DNA of 63,914 nt, counting the filler, from Nanobdellota archaeon (GTDB lineage: Archaea; Nanobdellota; Nanobdellia; B33-G15), in assembly GCA_003660925.1 (NCBI GenBank). It is 5 parts of 5 records of this genome, joined end to end, with 100 filler letters (N's around TTAATTAATTAA, not from the genome) between each part and the next. Parts side by side here need not be neighbours in the genome. Positions count along the whole stretch, not along the records: positions 30,945 to 45,035 come from QMVD01000013.1; positions 45,136 to 58,269 come from QMVD01000014.1; 3 more parts are not named here. The stretch is one strand, 5' to 3'. Positions 39,901 to 50,277 of the stretch are shown in pieces (within the stretch, counting starts at the first letter, position 1; every line of letters starts with the position of its first letter). Made by a program: the position numbers and the translations under genes. Under the pieces are notes generated by a model that was not told the DNA's origin, made no database searches, and saw only the letters and a list, made by a program, of their open reading frames with translations.

Positions 39901-42900
39901 GGCTCGGTTACCTTCAAGTTAAGGGCCGTGGATGCCGATAAACCCTCCTCTCAGATAAGCTATCAAGATGCGGGCTTCTGGGTCACCATCGACGGTTCGA
40001 CTTGGGGTCCACTGATAAGCACGACGACGGACGCGGAAGGGAATTTCTCCATCGACTTCGATCCTGATTGCACCTATGAGGTAGGGGTCCAGAACTGGAC
40101 AGGAGGCCTCTTGGAGAACGCTTACTGGAAGACAGCTAATTACACGGGACTGCTGCGCGTGAACATAACATCAGAGTTCGACGCTTACATCACGAACCCG
40201 ATAAACAAGATATACTTGAGAGGGGTGGACATGATCCCTCTTTGGGGCAACTTGACGGATAAGGGAGGGTGCGGAGGGGTAACAGGCGCTTCCGTGAACT
40301 TCACGGTCCCCGAGACCAGCTATTCCTGTGAAGGAGAGGACAGGGGAAATGGATACTACAACTGTTCTATATCTCCGAGCATCCACAGCACTTGGTCCTA
40401 TGGTTGGTATTCCCTGGAGATGAATGCTTCCAGGGATTTCTATCCAGACGGGAGCGATTATGTCTCCAATTCCTTCTACTTGGCGGATGATCCGGACCTC
40501 TCCAACCCACAAGTGAACCCTAGCTCGGGCACCTGGGGAACCGAATTCATGTTCAACGTCACCCTCGTGGACCTGGACTCCGATAACAAGACTGTTTACT
40601 TGTGGATAAGTCATGAGGGGGAGGGATGGGTACTGATAGACTCCTATCAGTACAATGGTTCCACGCCCGGACAGGGCACCAATATCGGATTCTTCTGGAA
40701 CTCCACCTGTGCTGATGTGGGTCAAAATGAATACAAGTTCAACGTCACGGATACCTCCGGATATTCGGATGAGATATACGGTGGCTCATTCCAAGTCAAT
40801 AAGAGAGGCGTCCTGTTGGTCACCGAAGCAGGAGACGGAGAAGTGGTGGACAGGGAGGGTACAGCTTCCACCCTCTTAGTGATAAGGATAAGGGACCAGC
40901 AGACGAACGACTGGGTGGGGGCAGGAGTCCAAGGTGCTTTCTACATAGAGAACAGGACCGGAGGATGGTTCATGGTAACTACTTGGACCAATTCCTCTGG
41001 CCACATAAACTACACTTTTGATCCTGACTGCTCCTTCAGGGTTGGACAAATAACTTGGAAGGGAGGAACGTACAACGACAACTGTTACGTGGACGCTAAC
41101 GATACCAACACCTTGAACGTGACAGGCCAGCTGAAGTTCGGATTGGAGAGCCCTGCTTACCAGCAACAATTCCCCTCAGGGACTCCAGTCCTCATAAGGT
41201 TCAATGTGTCTACTGACTGTTCCCAAGATGGATTGATAAATGACACGACCTCCACCGTCGAGGTGAGGTCGCCTGATGACCAGTGGGAATCTTGCTCTCC
41301 AGTCAACAATGAAGGAGATGGCTACTACAACTGTACGTGGGATTCCACCAAGAAGCTCTCAGGATTCTGGGACATAAGGCTGAACGCGAGCAGGCTGAAC
41401 TACAACGACAATTCCACCATTTACTTAGACTGGTTCGAAGTGCTCAACGTGCCCCCAGATTACTCGAACATCTCCGTGACCCCGAGCGAGGCGGGTTGGG
41501 GCCATACGTATTACTTCTCAGTCAACATCTCCGACCCTGAGGAAGATGATGTCAATTGTACCCTATTCGTCTCAACCGATGGAGGCAACACCTGGGAGAG
41601 GAAAGGGTATCAACTGATAGTCAACGGGACAGGAGAGTGCAACATAACGGTGAATGACTTCACTTGTGGGGAGATAGGAACTGACAACTACTTCAAGTTC
41701 CAGTTGTATGATTATCACAACTGGTTGAACACCACAGAGACCCAAGGTCCGAACATAACTAGGGATAACATAACCATTCTGCATGTGTTCGGGGACGGAG
41801 AGAACGTAAACAGGGAAGGTGGGGTCCTCGGGCTAGAGGTGTTCGTGAAGGACTTGGACAAGAATTCTGGCGTTTCTTCCCCGAACATGACCATCTACTT
41901 CAACATAACTACTGACGGGAGCAACTACAAGTTGGAGGGAAGCAACACCACCCAAAACGGAAACGTCACCTTCTACTTTGACCCAGGGTGGGACTATGAA
42001 GCGGGACATCAATACTGGTTCGCATATGGAGGGGACAGTTGTTACTATGATGTGAACTCCTCTGTGTTTGACCTCTACGTCATCGGGGAGCTGTGGCTCA
42101 CCCCCACCAGGCCCTTCCAAGAAGTTGTCCTGAAGGGGGAGAACATCACCTTAGAAGTTAACCTCACGGACGACAGGTACAACGCGACGGGTGACGCTAA
42201 TGTTTCCCTCTACTACGTGAACGGAGGACCTAACTCGTGCGAAGACGTATACAACTACTCCAATGGTTACTACAACTGCACTCTCAACACCTCTTCCCTA
42301 AATGCGGGATGGTACGACTTCTGGGCGAACGCGAGCAAGTTGTATCACAATCCCAACTCCACTGTTGTGACGAATGCCTTCTTCGTGGAGACCAAACCAG
42401 ACATATTCAATCCCATGGTGAACACTTCTGCGGAGGATGGAGACACCGGCCCAAACGGTGGGTTCTCCGAGACCTTCAACTTCACCGTGAGGGTGACGGA
42501 TGAGGATCAAGACAGGGTTGACGTCTACCTGTGGTTGAGGAAGTGGGAGGGGACTGGTTGGGGTTCATGGGTACAAGAGGGAGGAGCTAAGTATTGCGAG
42601 CCTTGCAGCGATACCGTTATATATTTCGTGAAGACAGACTTCCTCGCGACTGACATAGGAACTTGGCAATACAAGTTCAACGCGACCGATGATCCAGATA
42701 ACCCATTGACCGGGGGAAATTCTTACACCGACGAGACCACCCCCATAAACTTCACCGTGGAGAAGGATGACATCGAAGTGCAGTATTACTCAGGGAGCAA
42801 CATCAGCATATGGAGGAACGGGACCGATTCTGTGGTTCTCTCCACCAGGGTGTGGGATGTGGACGACACGAGGTACTTGGGCTTAGGAGAGGCAAGCGGT

Positions 42901-45035
42901 AAGGTTTGGATCACTTACAACGACTCCAATTGGGACCCAGGGCACGATGTGAGCACCGCTTCAGGTGGGTTCTTCAACTACACCTTTGACCCAGACTGTG
43001 CCTATTCCGTGGACATACACTACTGGTTCATGGGGACCCTAGGAAATGCTTACTACAAGGACAGCAACTCTTCCATCTTTAACGTCTCAGTGAAGGATTA
43101 CATGCAAGGGAATATAACCTATCCGGAGGGGGGAGCATATGAACAAGGGACCATCCTCCCCATCAACTTCTCAGTGACGGATAGTTGTGGGCCGGTCATT
43201 GGCATTACTAACATAACCCTCTACCTCTTCGGGGAAGACGCCAATTACACTTACACCTCTGGCTTTGTGGACCACGGGGATGGGAACTACACCTACAACT
43301 TGGACACGGGAACAGTGGCCCTCGGCTGGTACAACATAACAGTGGAGTTACACAAACCTTATTACACTGACCTGAACATCTCCAAAAATTGGGCCTTCTA
43401 TTTGGGGAAGGCGCCGGAGCTGAGGAACCCCTCCGCTGATAGGGGAGTGTCTTCCCCAGCCGGTTGGGGGGAAAATTGGACCTTCTCCGTGGAGTGCAGG
43501 GACACGGATGGGGATACGGACGTGATAGAACTCTGGTTCAGAAATTCCACGACTGGTGAGTGGATCAAGTTAGGTAATCAAACCTGCCAGGGACTGACGT
43601 GGCAAACGAAATACTTCTACGCTTCCTTCAACTGCTCTGACATAACTCAACCATCGGATCACGCTCAGTTCAAGTTCAACGCCACGGATCCCTGGAACCT
43701 CACTGACGAGACCGACGTGACGAACATAACCATTGAGAAGGATGATATCTCAGTGGAACTCGTCCAGGGTTATGATGTGACCGTGGATAGGGAGGACTCC
43801 ACTGGAGGAACCATAGTGGTGGAGTTCTCAATCAAACTTAAGGATTCTGACAGGGATGTGTACGTGGGGGAAAACATAACCGCCGTATTCTACGTGACGA
43901 ACGATGGCAGTACTTACGCGTTCACCTTCACGAACACTACTGACAGCGACTCGACAGCCCACATCTATTTCAACCCGAACTGCTCTTTCTCAGTTGGTTC
44001 TCAGAAATGGATAGGGGGGAGCTTCAACAACACATGCTATAAGGACGCTAACCTAACAACTCCTCCCTACTCCCCTTTCAACATAACAGGACAGCTTAAG
44101 AATAACATCGTCTCCCCCACCCAATACTCTGTATTTAACGTCACAAACCAGATATTGATAAGGTTCAATACGACATCGGATTGTTCGAACGAGGGATTGA
44201 TTCCCAACGCTACGGTCAGCGTGGAGCTCGGGATGGGAGGATCCTGGGAACCTTGTTCCCCTGTGAACAATGAAGGAGATGGTTATTACAACTGCACTTG
44301 GGATTCCACCGGGAAGGCGGAAGGAAACTGGTCCATAAGGCTGAACGCCACTAAGGAGCCCATATATTATTTCAACTCCACGCTCTTAGTGGACTGGTTC
44401 TGGCTGGAGAACCTGAACACCTCCTACTCTGAGCTGAACGTGACCCCTTCCACCGGGGGCTGGACGAGGAAGTATAATTACACGGTAAAGATCAACGACA
44501 CAGAAGGAGACGACGTCAATTGTACCCTGTTCATCTCAACCGATGGAGGCAACACCTGGGAGAGGAAGGGCTCCTACTTCGTTTCAGGGACGCCAGGGAT
44601 CCCGACCGTCGACACGTGCTATGTGGTCGTGAATGACTTCACGTGTGATGACATTGGAACAGATAACTACTTCTTCTTCCAGATAGATGATGGGACTAAT
44701 ATATTTAATACATCTGTGACCCAAGGTCCAAACCTCACGGGAAGCCAGGTCCAGATCTATTACGTAGAGGGAAACAACACCAACGTCACTAGGAACTTGG
44801 AATCTAAGGTCCTGAAGCTCGCGGCCTATGATGTGGAGAACGAGACTTGGTTGGGGGCTGGCTACAATGCGAGTATTTATGTCACTGGGATTTCTGGGTG
44901 GATAGAGTGGACCACTCAGACGGAGAGCGACGGTAGTTTCTCCATAAACTTCGCCCCCGATTGCAACTACGGAGTGGGACCCCAGAATTGGACTGGAGGC
45001 ATAACTGACGCGTGCTACATAGCTACCAATGCGAC
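30946..45035 (+). CDS. Giant repetitive cell-surface glycoprotein (about 4700 aa visible, probably truncated at both ends)
   Basis: Open frame from gap to gap; beta-rich Ig-like modules, dense N-x-S/T sequons, recurrent paired Cys. Confidence 0.9.
32750..45035 (+). repeat. 13 tandem intragenic units of about 970 nt (about 323 aa), last one incomplete
   Basis: GGWG(E)-type motif recurs near 32790, 33770, 34750, 35750, 36715, 37650, 38620, 39580, 40530, 41490, 42460, 43460, 44455. Confidence 0.85.
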
Positions 45036-45135
45036 NNNNNNNNNNNNNNNNNNNNNNNNNNNNNNNNNNNNNNNNNNNNTTAATTAATTAANNNNNNNNN
45101 NNNNNNNNNNNNNNNNNNNNNNNNNNNNNNNNNNN
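45036..45135. other. Assembly spacer
   Basis: N run with TTAATTAATTAA at 45080-45091. Confidence 0.97.
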
Positions 45136-45228
45136 CCCTTGGTGCCTTGGGAAGAAGTGGAGAAGAGAATCCTCGAGAGACTGATGGAGTGAGGTTAGAG
45201 AAGGGAGAAAGAGAAAGGGTTAGAGGTC

Positions 45229-45534
45229 TCAATTTTCCGGTGCTGCTTTACTCTTCCTCCGCGTCTTCAGCAACTTTTCTAGCATTTTCTTATCCCTTCT
45301 ATATTCCAGATAAGACCCAATGGCATAAAAGGCGTGTAAAACGGAGAGCATTCCCAATAGAGTGTGGAGGGGAAAGTCATAGAGAAACCTATCAGGCGAA
45401 TATGTCTCTTTCACCGCCATCAGCCCGTAAATTAGGGAAGCCAGAGAAATCCAGGATGTCTTCTCTTTCTTCTCTTCCAGCATCTCATTGGAAGTTTTGA
45501 GGAGGAATTCCAACGTCTTTTTGTCCACTTCCAT
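45229..45534 (-). CDS. Hypothetical small two-TM protein
   Basis: ATG with own TATA-like TTTAAAAA; two hydrophobic segments between charged ends. Confidence 0.6.
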   Translation of the reverse strand: MEVDKKTLEFLLKTSNEMLEEKKEKTSWISLASLIYGLMAVKETYSPDRFLYDFPLHTLLGMLSVLHAFYAIGSYLEYRRDKKMLEKLLKTRRKSKAAPEN

Positions 45535-45568
45535 GTCGTTACTGAATAATAATGATTTTTAAATTTGA

Positions 45569-45641
45569 TGGGGCTGCCCGGATTTGAACCGGGGTCACAG
45601 GCGCCCGAGGCCTGCAGCCTACCAAGCTAGCCTACAGCCCC
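45569..45641 (-). tRNA. tRNA-Pro(CGG)
   Basis: Reverse complement GGGGCTG...CAGGC-CTCGGGC-GCCTG...GGTTCAAATCC...CAGCCCCA. Confidence 0.95.
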
Positions 45642-45680
45642 TCAAGCTTTAATAATGGGTGAACTTTAAATTCTTTTGAG

Positions 45681-46688
45681 TTGAGATGTGAGATCTGTGG
45701 AGCTGAAAGGCCTTCGAGGGCTATCCCTCTCTGCCCCGAGTGCTCTAAGAAAGAAGAAGCCATCGAGTACGTGAAGAAAATACACGAGGGCGTGGAGAAG
45801 ATAGGTAGGGAGTCCAGGTGGAAGTGTGACCTTTGCGCGAACGAGTGTGGTTTGGAAGAGAACGACAGGGGGCTCTGCGGGCTCAGGGGAACCAAGAACG
45901 GCAAATTTTATTCCCTAACCAGCCCTGACAGAGGGGTCCTGTACGCCTATGAGGACCCCTTACCCACTAACTGCTGTAACGCTTGGTTCTGCAAGGGGAG
46001 CAAGTTGAGAGGGACCAACCTAGCGATTTTCTACTACGGCTGTAGCTTCGATTGCCTCTTTTGTCAAAATTGGTCCCACAAGGATGTGAAGCTCGGGAAG
46101 GTGGTGAGCGTCGAGGAGATGGTGGAAAGAGCTATGGACGAGAGGATAAAGTGCATATGTCACTTTGGCGGCTCGCCGGAGCCCCAGTTGCCCTTCGCCA
46201 TAAAATTCAGCGAGGAAGTCCTCAAGCGGAGAGAGGTGATGATATGCTGGGAATGGAACGGGTCCGGCAGGAGAGATCTCGCGTTGAAAGCAGCTGAGAT
46301 AAGCGCGAGGAGCGGAAGGACAGTGAAATTCGACCTCAAGGCGTGGAATGAGAACCTTCACGAAGTCCTTACGGGGAGGAGCAACAAGAGGGCCTTGGAG
46401 AATTTTAAAGCGATCTTCGAGAAATACCCAGAGGTTCTCTCTGCTACTACTCTTTTGGTTCCTTACTATGTGGACGAAGGGGAAGTGGAGAAGGTCGCTT
46501 CCTTCATATCTTCTTTGGACGATACCATCCCCTATTCCCTCTTGGTCTTCCACCCGGATTACAGGCTTTCCGACCTTCCCGTGACGCCCCCAGAACAAGT
46601 TAAGAGGTGCTACGCAGTCGCGAAGAAACACCTAAAAAACGTGAACGTTGGGAACCTTCACCTTCTAGGCCTGAAAGAGTTGAAATAG
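45681..46688 (+). CDS. Radical SAM protein (PflA/AmmeMemoRadiSam-like)
   Basis: CSFDCLFCQN CxxxCxxC; CDLCANEC...G.CG.R; FDLKAW; TTLLVP. Confidence 0.88.
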   Translation: MRCEICGAERPSRAIPLCPECSKKEEAIEYVKKIHEGVEKIGRESRWKCDLCANECGLEENDRGLCGLRGTKNGKFYSLTSPDRGVLYAYEDPLPTNCCNAWFCKGSKLRGTNLAIFYYGCSFDCLFCQNWSHKDVKLGKVVSVEEMVERAMDERIKCICHFGGSPEPQLPFAIKFSEEVLKRREVMICWEWNGSGRRDLALKAAEISARSGRTVKFDLKAWNENLHEVLTGRSNKRALENFKAIFEKYPEVLSATTLLVPYYVDEGEVEKVASFISSLDDTIPYSLLVFHPDYRLSDLPVTPPEQVKRCYAVAKKHLKNVNVGNLHLLGLKELK

Positions 46689-46883
46689 GAGAAAGATGAT
46701 CAGGAGGAAAAAGATGAGGAAGACTATTAAGACGAGCAGAGAGGGCTCGTTGGCAAATCCAAAGGGAATGGGGCCTATGAAGCCTCCGATGGCAAACTTC
46801 ACCTCTCCCTCCCTCAACAAAGCTAGGAAGGTGATGAAGAACCCCAACAAGATGGTGAGGACGCCTATCTCCAGCAACCTCAT
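46665..46883 (-). CDS. DUF131-like small membrane protein
   Basis: GGFIGPIPFGF between two TM helices. Confidence 0.75.
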   Translation of the reverse strand: MRLLEIGVLTILLGFFITFLALLREGEVKFAIGGFIGPIPFGFANEPSLLVLIVFLIFFLLIIFLLFQLFQA

Positions 46884-46926
46884 GCTTACCAAAAACTTAT
46901 AATTGTTTAAAAATTTGGTGTGCAAC

Positions 46927-47799
46927 ATGCTCGAAGAAATCTATGAAGAACACTACAAGAAGCTCATGATCATCCCCTTCGCCATGTTGTTGTTCTTCTC
47001 TTCAGTCTTGCTTAGCAATTACCTCAACAAAGGATACATCTTAGAAAGGGATATCTCTCTGAAAGGAGGAACCGCCATAAGTTTCCAGTCCAATCGAAGC
47101 TTTGATTTAGAAGAGCTCAAGTCATTATCCGTCCAACTCTTCGAGACCGACGACGTGGTCGTGAGGGAGCTCAAGGACATCTCTGGAAATCTGCTTGGAT
47201 ACGATATAGAGGTGGGGAAGGAACTCAACACGACAGAAGCCATAAATTCATTGAGCGAGGCCTTAGGGATAGATGTATCTCAGGTGAGCGTCAGCCAGCA
47301 ATCTTCTACCATTGCCTCTTCCTTCTATCGAGATGTGCTTAAGGCCTTTCCCTTCGCTTTTATCCTGATGTCTTTAGTCATCTACTACTACTTCAGGAGC
47401 TTCGTCCCTGCAATTTCCATTCTCTTTTCGACCTTGAGCGATGTGATATGTATCCTTGGGACTATGTCTTTGCTAGGGATGAGGATGTCCGCCGCCACTT
47501 TAGGCGCTTTGCTGATGATCATAGGTTACTCGACGGACTCTGACATCCTGCTGGCGGTCAACATCCTGAAGAGAAGGGAGGGGAGGTTAATGGATAGGAT
47601 AAAACACGCCATCAAAATAGAACTCACCATGGATGCGGCGGCCTTCACCACTTATTTCATCATGTACTTCTTGACGAACATAGGGGTCATAAAACACATA
47701 GCTTTCGTCTTAATGATCTCCGTCTTCTTTGACACCATCAACACGTGGATCCAGAACGCAGGATTCCAGAGGATGTACTTGGAGAGGAAGGGAAGATGA
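46927..47799 (+). CDS. secF: Protein translocase subunit SecF
   Basis: ISLKGGT, FRSFVP, ALLMIIGYSTDSDILL, NTWIQNAG. Confidence 0.9.
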   Translation: MLEEIYEEHYKKLMIIPFAMLLFFSSVLLSNYLNKGYILERDISLKGGTAISFQSNRSFDLEELKSLSVQLFETDDVVVRELKDISGNLLGYDIEVGKELNTTEAINSLSEALGIDVSQVSVSQQSSTIASSFYRDVLKAFPFAFILMSLVIYYYFRSFVPAISILFSTLSDVICILGTMSLLGMRMSAATLGALLMIIGYSTDSDILLAVNILKRREGRLMDRIKHAIKIELTMDAAAFTTYFIMYFLTNIGVIKHIAFVLMISVFFDTINTWIQNAGFQRMYLERKGR

Positions 47800-49340
47800 G
47801 ACGCGAAATCTTGAAGGAGTGGAGGATTTTTTTGGTAGTCCTCCTACTCGTATTGAGCTTCCTCTGGATACACCCGAACTTCGTGAAGGGAGCGCTGGTG
47901 ACCATCGCGAGGGAACCTGCTTCCCTTTATGGGATAAGGCAAGGGGACATAATAACGAACGTGAACGGTTACCCCATAGAGAAAGCTTCTGATTTCATGC
48001 AAGTTGTGGAAGGGTTGGAGAATGGAAGCGTGGTGAGTGTGGAGTTCTTGAGGGAGAACCTTCCCTACGTGTATTCCAAGCATTCGGCCAGGTTCCTATC
48101 TTCTACCAAAGGAAACGAGACCTACCTGGGGATCTTCGTTAGTGATGTTCCGAGCAACAACCTCCAATTCGGATTGGAGATAGTTGGTGGCACCAAAGTC
48201 TTGCTAAGACCCGAGAAGAAACTATCTCCTGAAGAGGTGGACAATGTCTTAGCCATCCTGGAGCAAAGGCTGAACATCTTCGGGATGAGGGAGATACCCA
48301 TGTCCTTCGCTCAGGATTTTTCAGGAAACCAATATTTCAGGCTGGAGTTCGCTGGGGTGAGCCCGGAACAGGTGAAGGACTTGTTGGAAAAGGAGGGAAG
48401 ATTTGAAGCGAAGGTAGGGAACGAGACAGTTTTCACAGGGACAGACATACTTTCAGTGTGCATAGGGGGGACGGGATGCGTTGCTCAAGTAGTACCCATA
48501 CAGTCCGCTGGTGGGAGGATCATGTGGCAGTTCTCCTTCGAGTTGTTCATAACCCAAGAGGCAGCGAAGAGGTTCGCCAACGTGACCCAAAACTTGGATA
48601 TTGGGGAGTGTTCTCCTGCTGGGTGCTACTTGAACGAGACCATAAGGTTCTTCATAGATGGGGAGCCCACTGGAGATCCTTTGAGGATATCCTCGAACCT
48701 CAAGGGGAAAGTGGTCACCAACCCTGCCATCACAGGGGTGAGAGAGAGTAAATTTGAGGCCCAACAAGAGATGAGAAAGCTTCAGGCGATCTTACAGTCG
48801 AGGAAGCTCCCTGTGAAGATGGAGATAGAGAGCATAGCGGTCATATCTCCTACCTTGGGGAAGGCCTTCGCTGAGAATGTATTCATGGTCTTCCTCCTGG
48901 CCATCCTCGGTGTGGAGGCGATAGTCTGGTTGAGGTATAGGAGTTGGAAAGTTGCCCTCCCCATCATGTTCATAACGCTCTCCGAGATCTTCATAACTCT
49001 CGGGGTCGCTGCCCTGATAAAGTGGACCTTGGATCTGGCGGGAATAGCTGGGTTAATAGCTGCTGTGGGAACTGGAGTAGACGATCAGATCGTGATAACC
49101 GACGAAGTGTTGAGAGGGGAGAAAGAGGAGAAGGTGAGGAGCATAAAGGAGAGGATAAAGAGAGCATTCTTCATCATCATCGTGAGCTTCGCTTCAACGG
49201 TAGCTACCATGCTCCCCCTCACCTTTGCCGGAGCGGGATTGTTAAGGGGCTTTGCCATAACCACCATAATCGCGGTGAGCATAGGCATATTCATCACGAG
49301 GCCAGCTTACGCGAGGCTCATAGAATTACTATTGAGGTGA
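47796..49340 (+). CDS. secD: Protein translocase subunit SecD with PDZ-like insert
   Basis: FGLEIVGGT, RLNIFG, SPTLG, DLAGIAGLIAAVGTGVDDQIVITDE, GFAITT, ITRPAY. Confidence 0.92.
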   Translation: MRREILKEWRIFLVVLLLVLSFLWIHPNFVKGALVTIAREPASLYGIRQGDIITNVNGYPIEKASDFMQVVEGLENGSVVSVEFLRENLPYVYSKHSARFLSSTKGNETYLGIFVSDVPSNNLQFGLEIVGGTKVLLRPEKKLSPEEVDNVLAILEQRLNIFGMREIPMSFAQDFSGNQYFRLEFAGVSPEQVKDLLEKEGRFEAKVGNETVFTGTDILSVCIGGTGCVAQVVPIQSAGGRIMWQFSFELFITQEAAKRFANVTQNLDIGECSPAGCYLNETIRFFIDGEPTGDPLRISSNLKGKVVTNPAITGVRESKFEAQQEMRKLQAILQSRKLPVKMEIESIAVISPTLGKAFAENVFMVFLLAILGVEAIVWLRYRSWKVALPIMFITLSEIFITLGVAALIKWTLDLAGIAGLIAAVGTGVDDQIVITDEVLRGEKEEKVRSIKERIKRAFFIIIVSFASTVATMLPLTFAGAGLLRGFAITTIIAVSIGIFITRPAYARLIELLLR

Positions 49341-49640
49341 TCATTCGCTCAGTTTTAAGATGGCCTCCGCGATGTCCTTGCTCTCTTCCAACGCTTTGAT
49401 CACCTCTTCCCTACTCTTTCCCGTCTTCTCCATGACGAGCTTCACGTCTTCCTCTTTGATGGGGACCTTTTCCTCGTAACTCCCTAATACTTGAAAAGTG
49501 GTTTGACCCATGAGTTCCATCTTCATGACCGTCGGGTTCTTGAAAACCCACTCTTTCCCCTCGAATCTCATGACGATTTCCTTTACCTTCAACTCCTGTG
49601 TCTTCATCTGCTTCATGAGTTTCCTTAAGTCGGGCATCAT
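49341..49640 (-). CDS. nac: Nascent polypeptide-associated complex protein
   Basis: MKQM, NPTV..M..MGQ.TFQV.G, EEDVKLVME, DIAEAI.KL. Confidence 0.92.
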   Translation of the reverse strand: MMPDLRKLMKQMKTQELKVKEIVMRFEGKEWVFKNPTVMKMELMGQTTFQVLGSYEEKVPIKEEDVKLVMEKTGKSREEVIKALEESKDIAEAILKLSE

Positions 49641-50153
49641 TTACCTCAAACCCCTCACTTTCTTCCCCGCAGAAGTCAACCCCCTAAAGACCCTCCTCCT
49701 GTGTTGCTTCTCCGTTATCCACTTGATGTCCTTGTCCTTCCTTATCGCGGGATGGTTCTTGTCTATCATGATGACCTCAAACCACTTGTACATCCCATCT
49801 TCTCCCACCCAATAGGAATTCAGGACCTCTAGATTTGGATATTTTCTCTGTGCCCTTTCCTCCGCGATGAGTTGAAGGGACTTCCCAGGGGTGAAATACC
49901 TCCCAGAAGCCCTTGGCTTCCTCCCCTCGCTTGGCTTGGGTCTCTTCCTCCCCCCCTTTCTAACTCTCACCCTAACCAAGATGAAGCCCTGCTTCGCCTT
50001 ATATCCCAAGCTCCTCGCCCTCGCCAATCTGGTGGGCTTCTCTATCCTAACGATGGCCGGTTCTCTCCTCCAAAGCATCAACCTCTGTTTCTGGATCTCT
50101 TTAATGTTGTCCTCGTCCTTCTGCAAGTCATGGAGATACTTGTAAAACCCCAT
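49641..50153 (-). CDS. rpl15e: 50S ribosomal protein L15e
   Basis: [36 protein letters not shown]. Confidence 0.97.
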   Translation of the reverse strand: MGFYKYLHDLQKDEDNIKEIQKQRLMLWRREPAIVRIEKPTRLARARSLGYKAKQGFILVRVRVRKGGRKRPKPSEGRKPRASGRYFTPGKSLQLIAEERAQRKYPNLEVLNSYWVGEDGMYKWFEVIMIDKNHPAIRKDKDIKWITEKQHRRRVFRGLTSAGKKVRGLR

Positions 50154-50277
50154 TTCCTATCATCCCCCTTGGGTTCAAGCTTGGTAATCCTCCTTACCTC
50201 CCTTTTATAAAGGTTTCCTCGCAATTACTGGAAGGACTCTCCTAACCATTTAAAACATCTCGTCAACTTTCCTAATC

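Noticed and set aside
31438..44270. Many minus-strand ORFs inside the giant gene
   Set aside because: Antisense shadows caused by codon bias (V/I/H/R-rich, no motifs).
41300..44720. Near-identical DNA segments as a DGR template/variable repeat pair
   Set aside because: Differences are not adenine-specific, both copies are in frame in one gene, and no reverse transcriptase is in the window.
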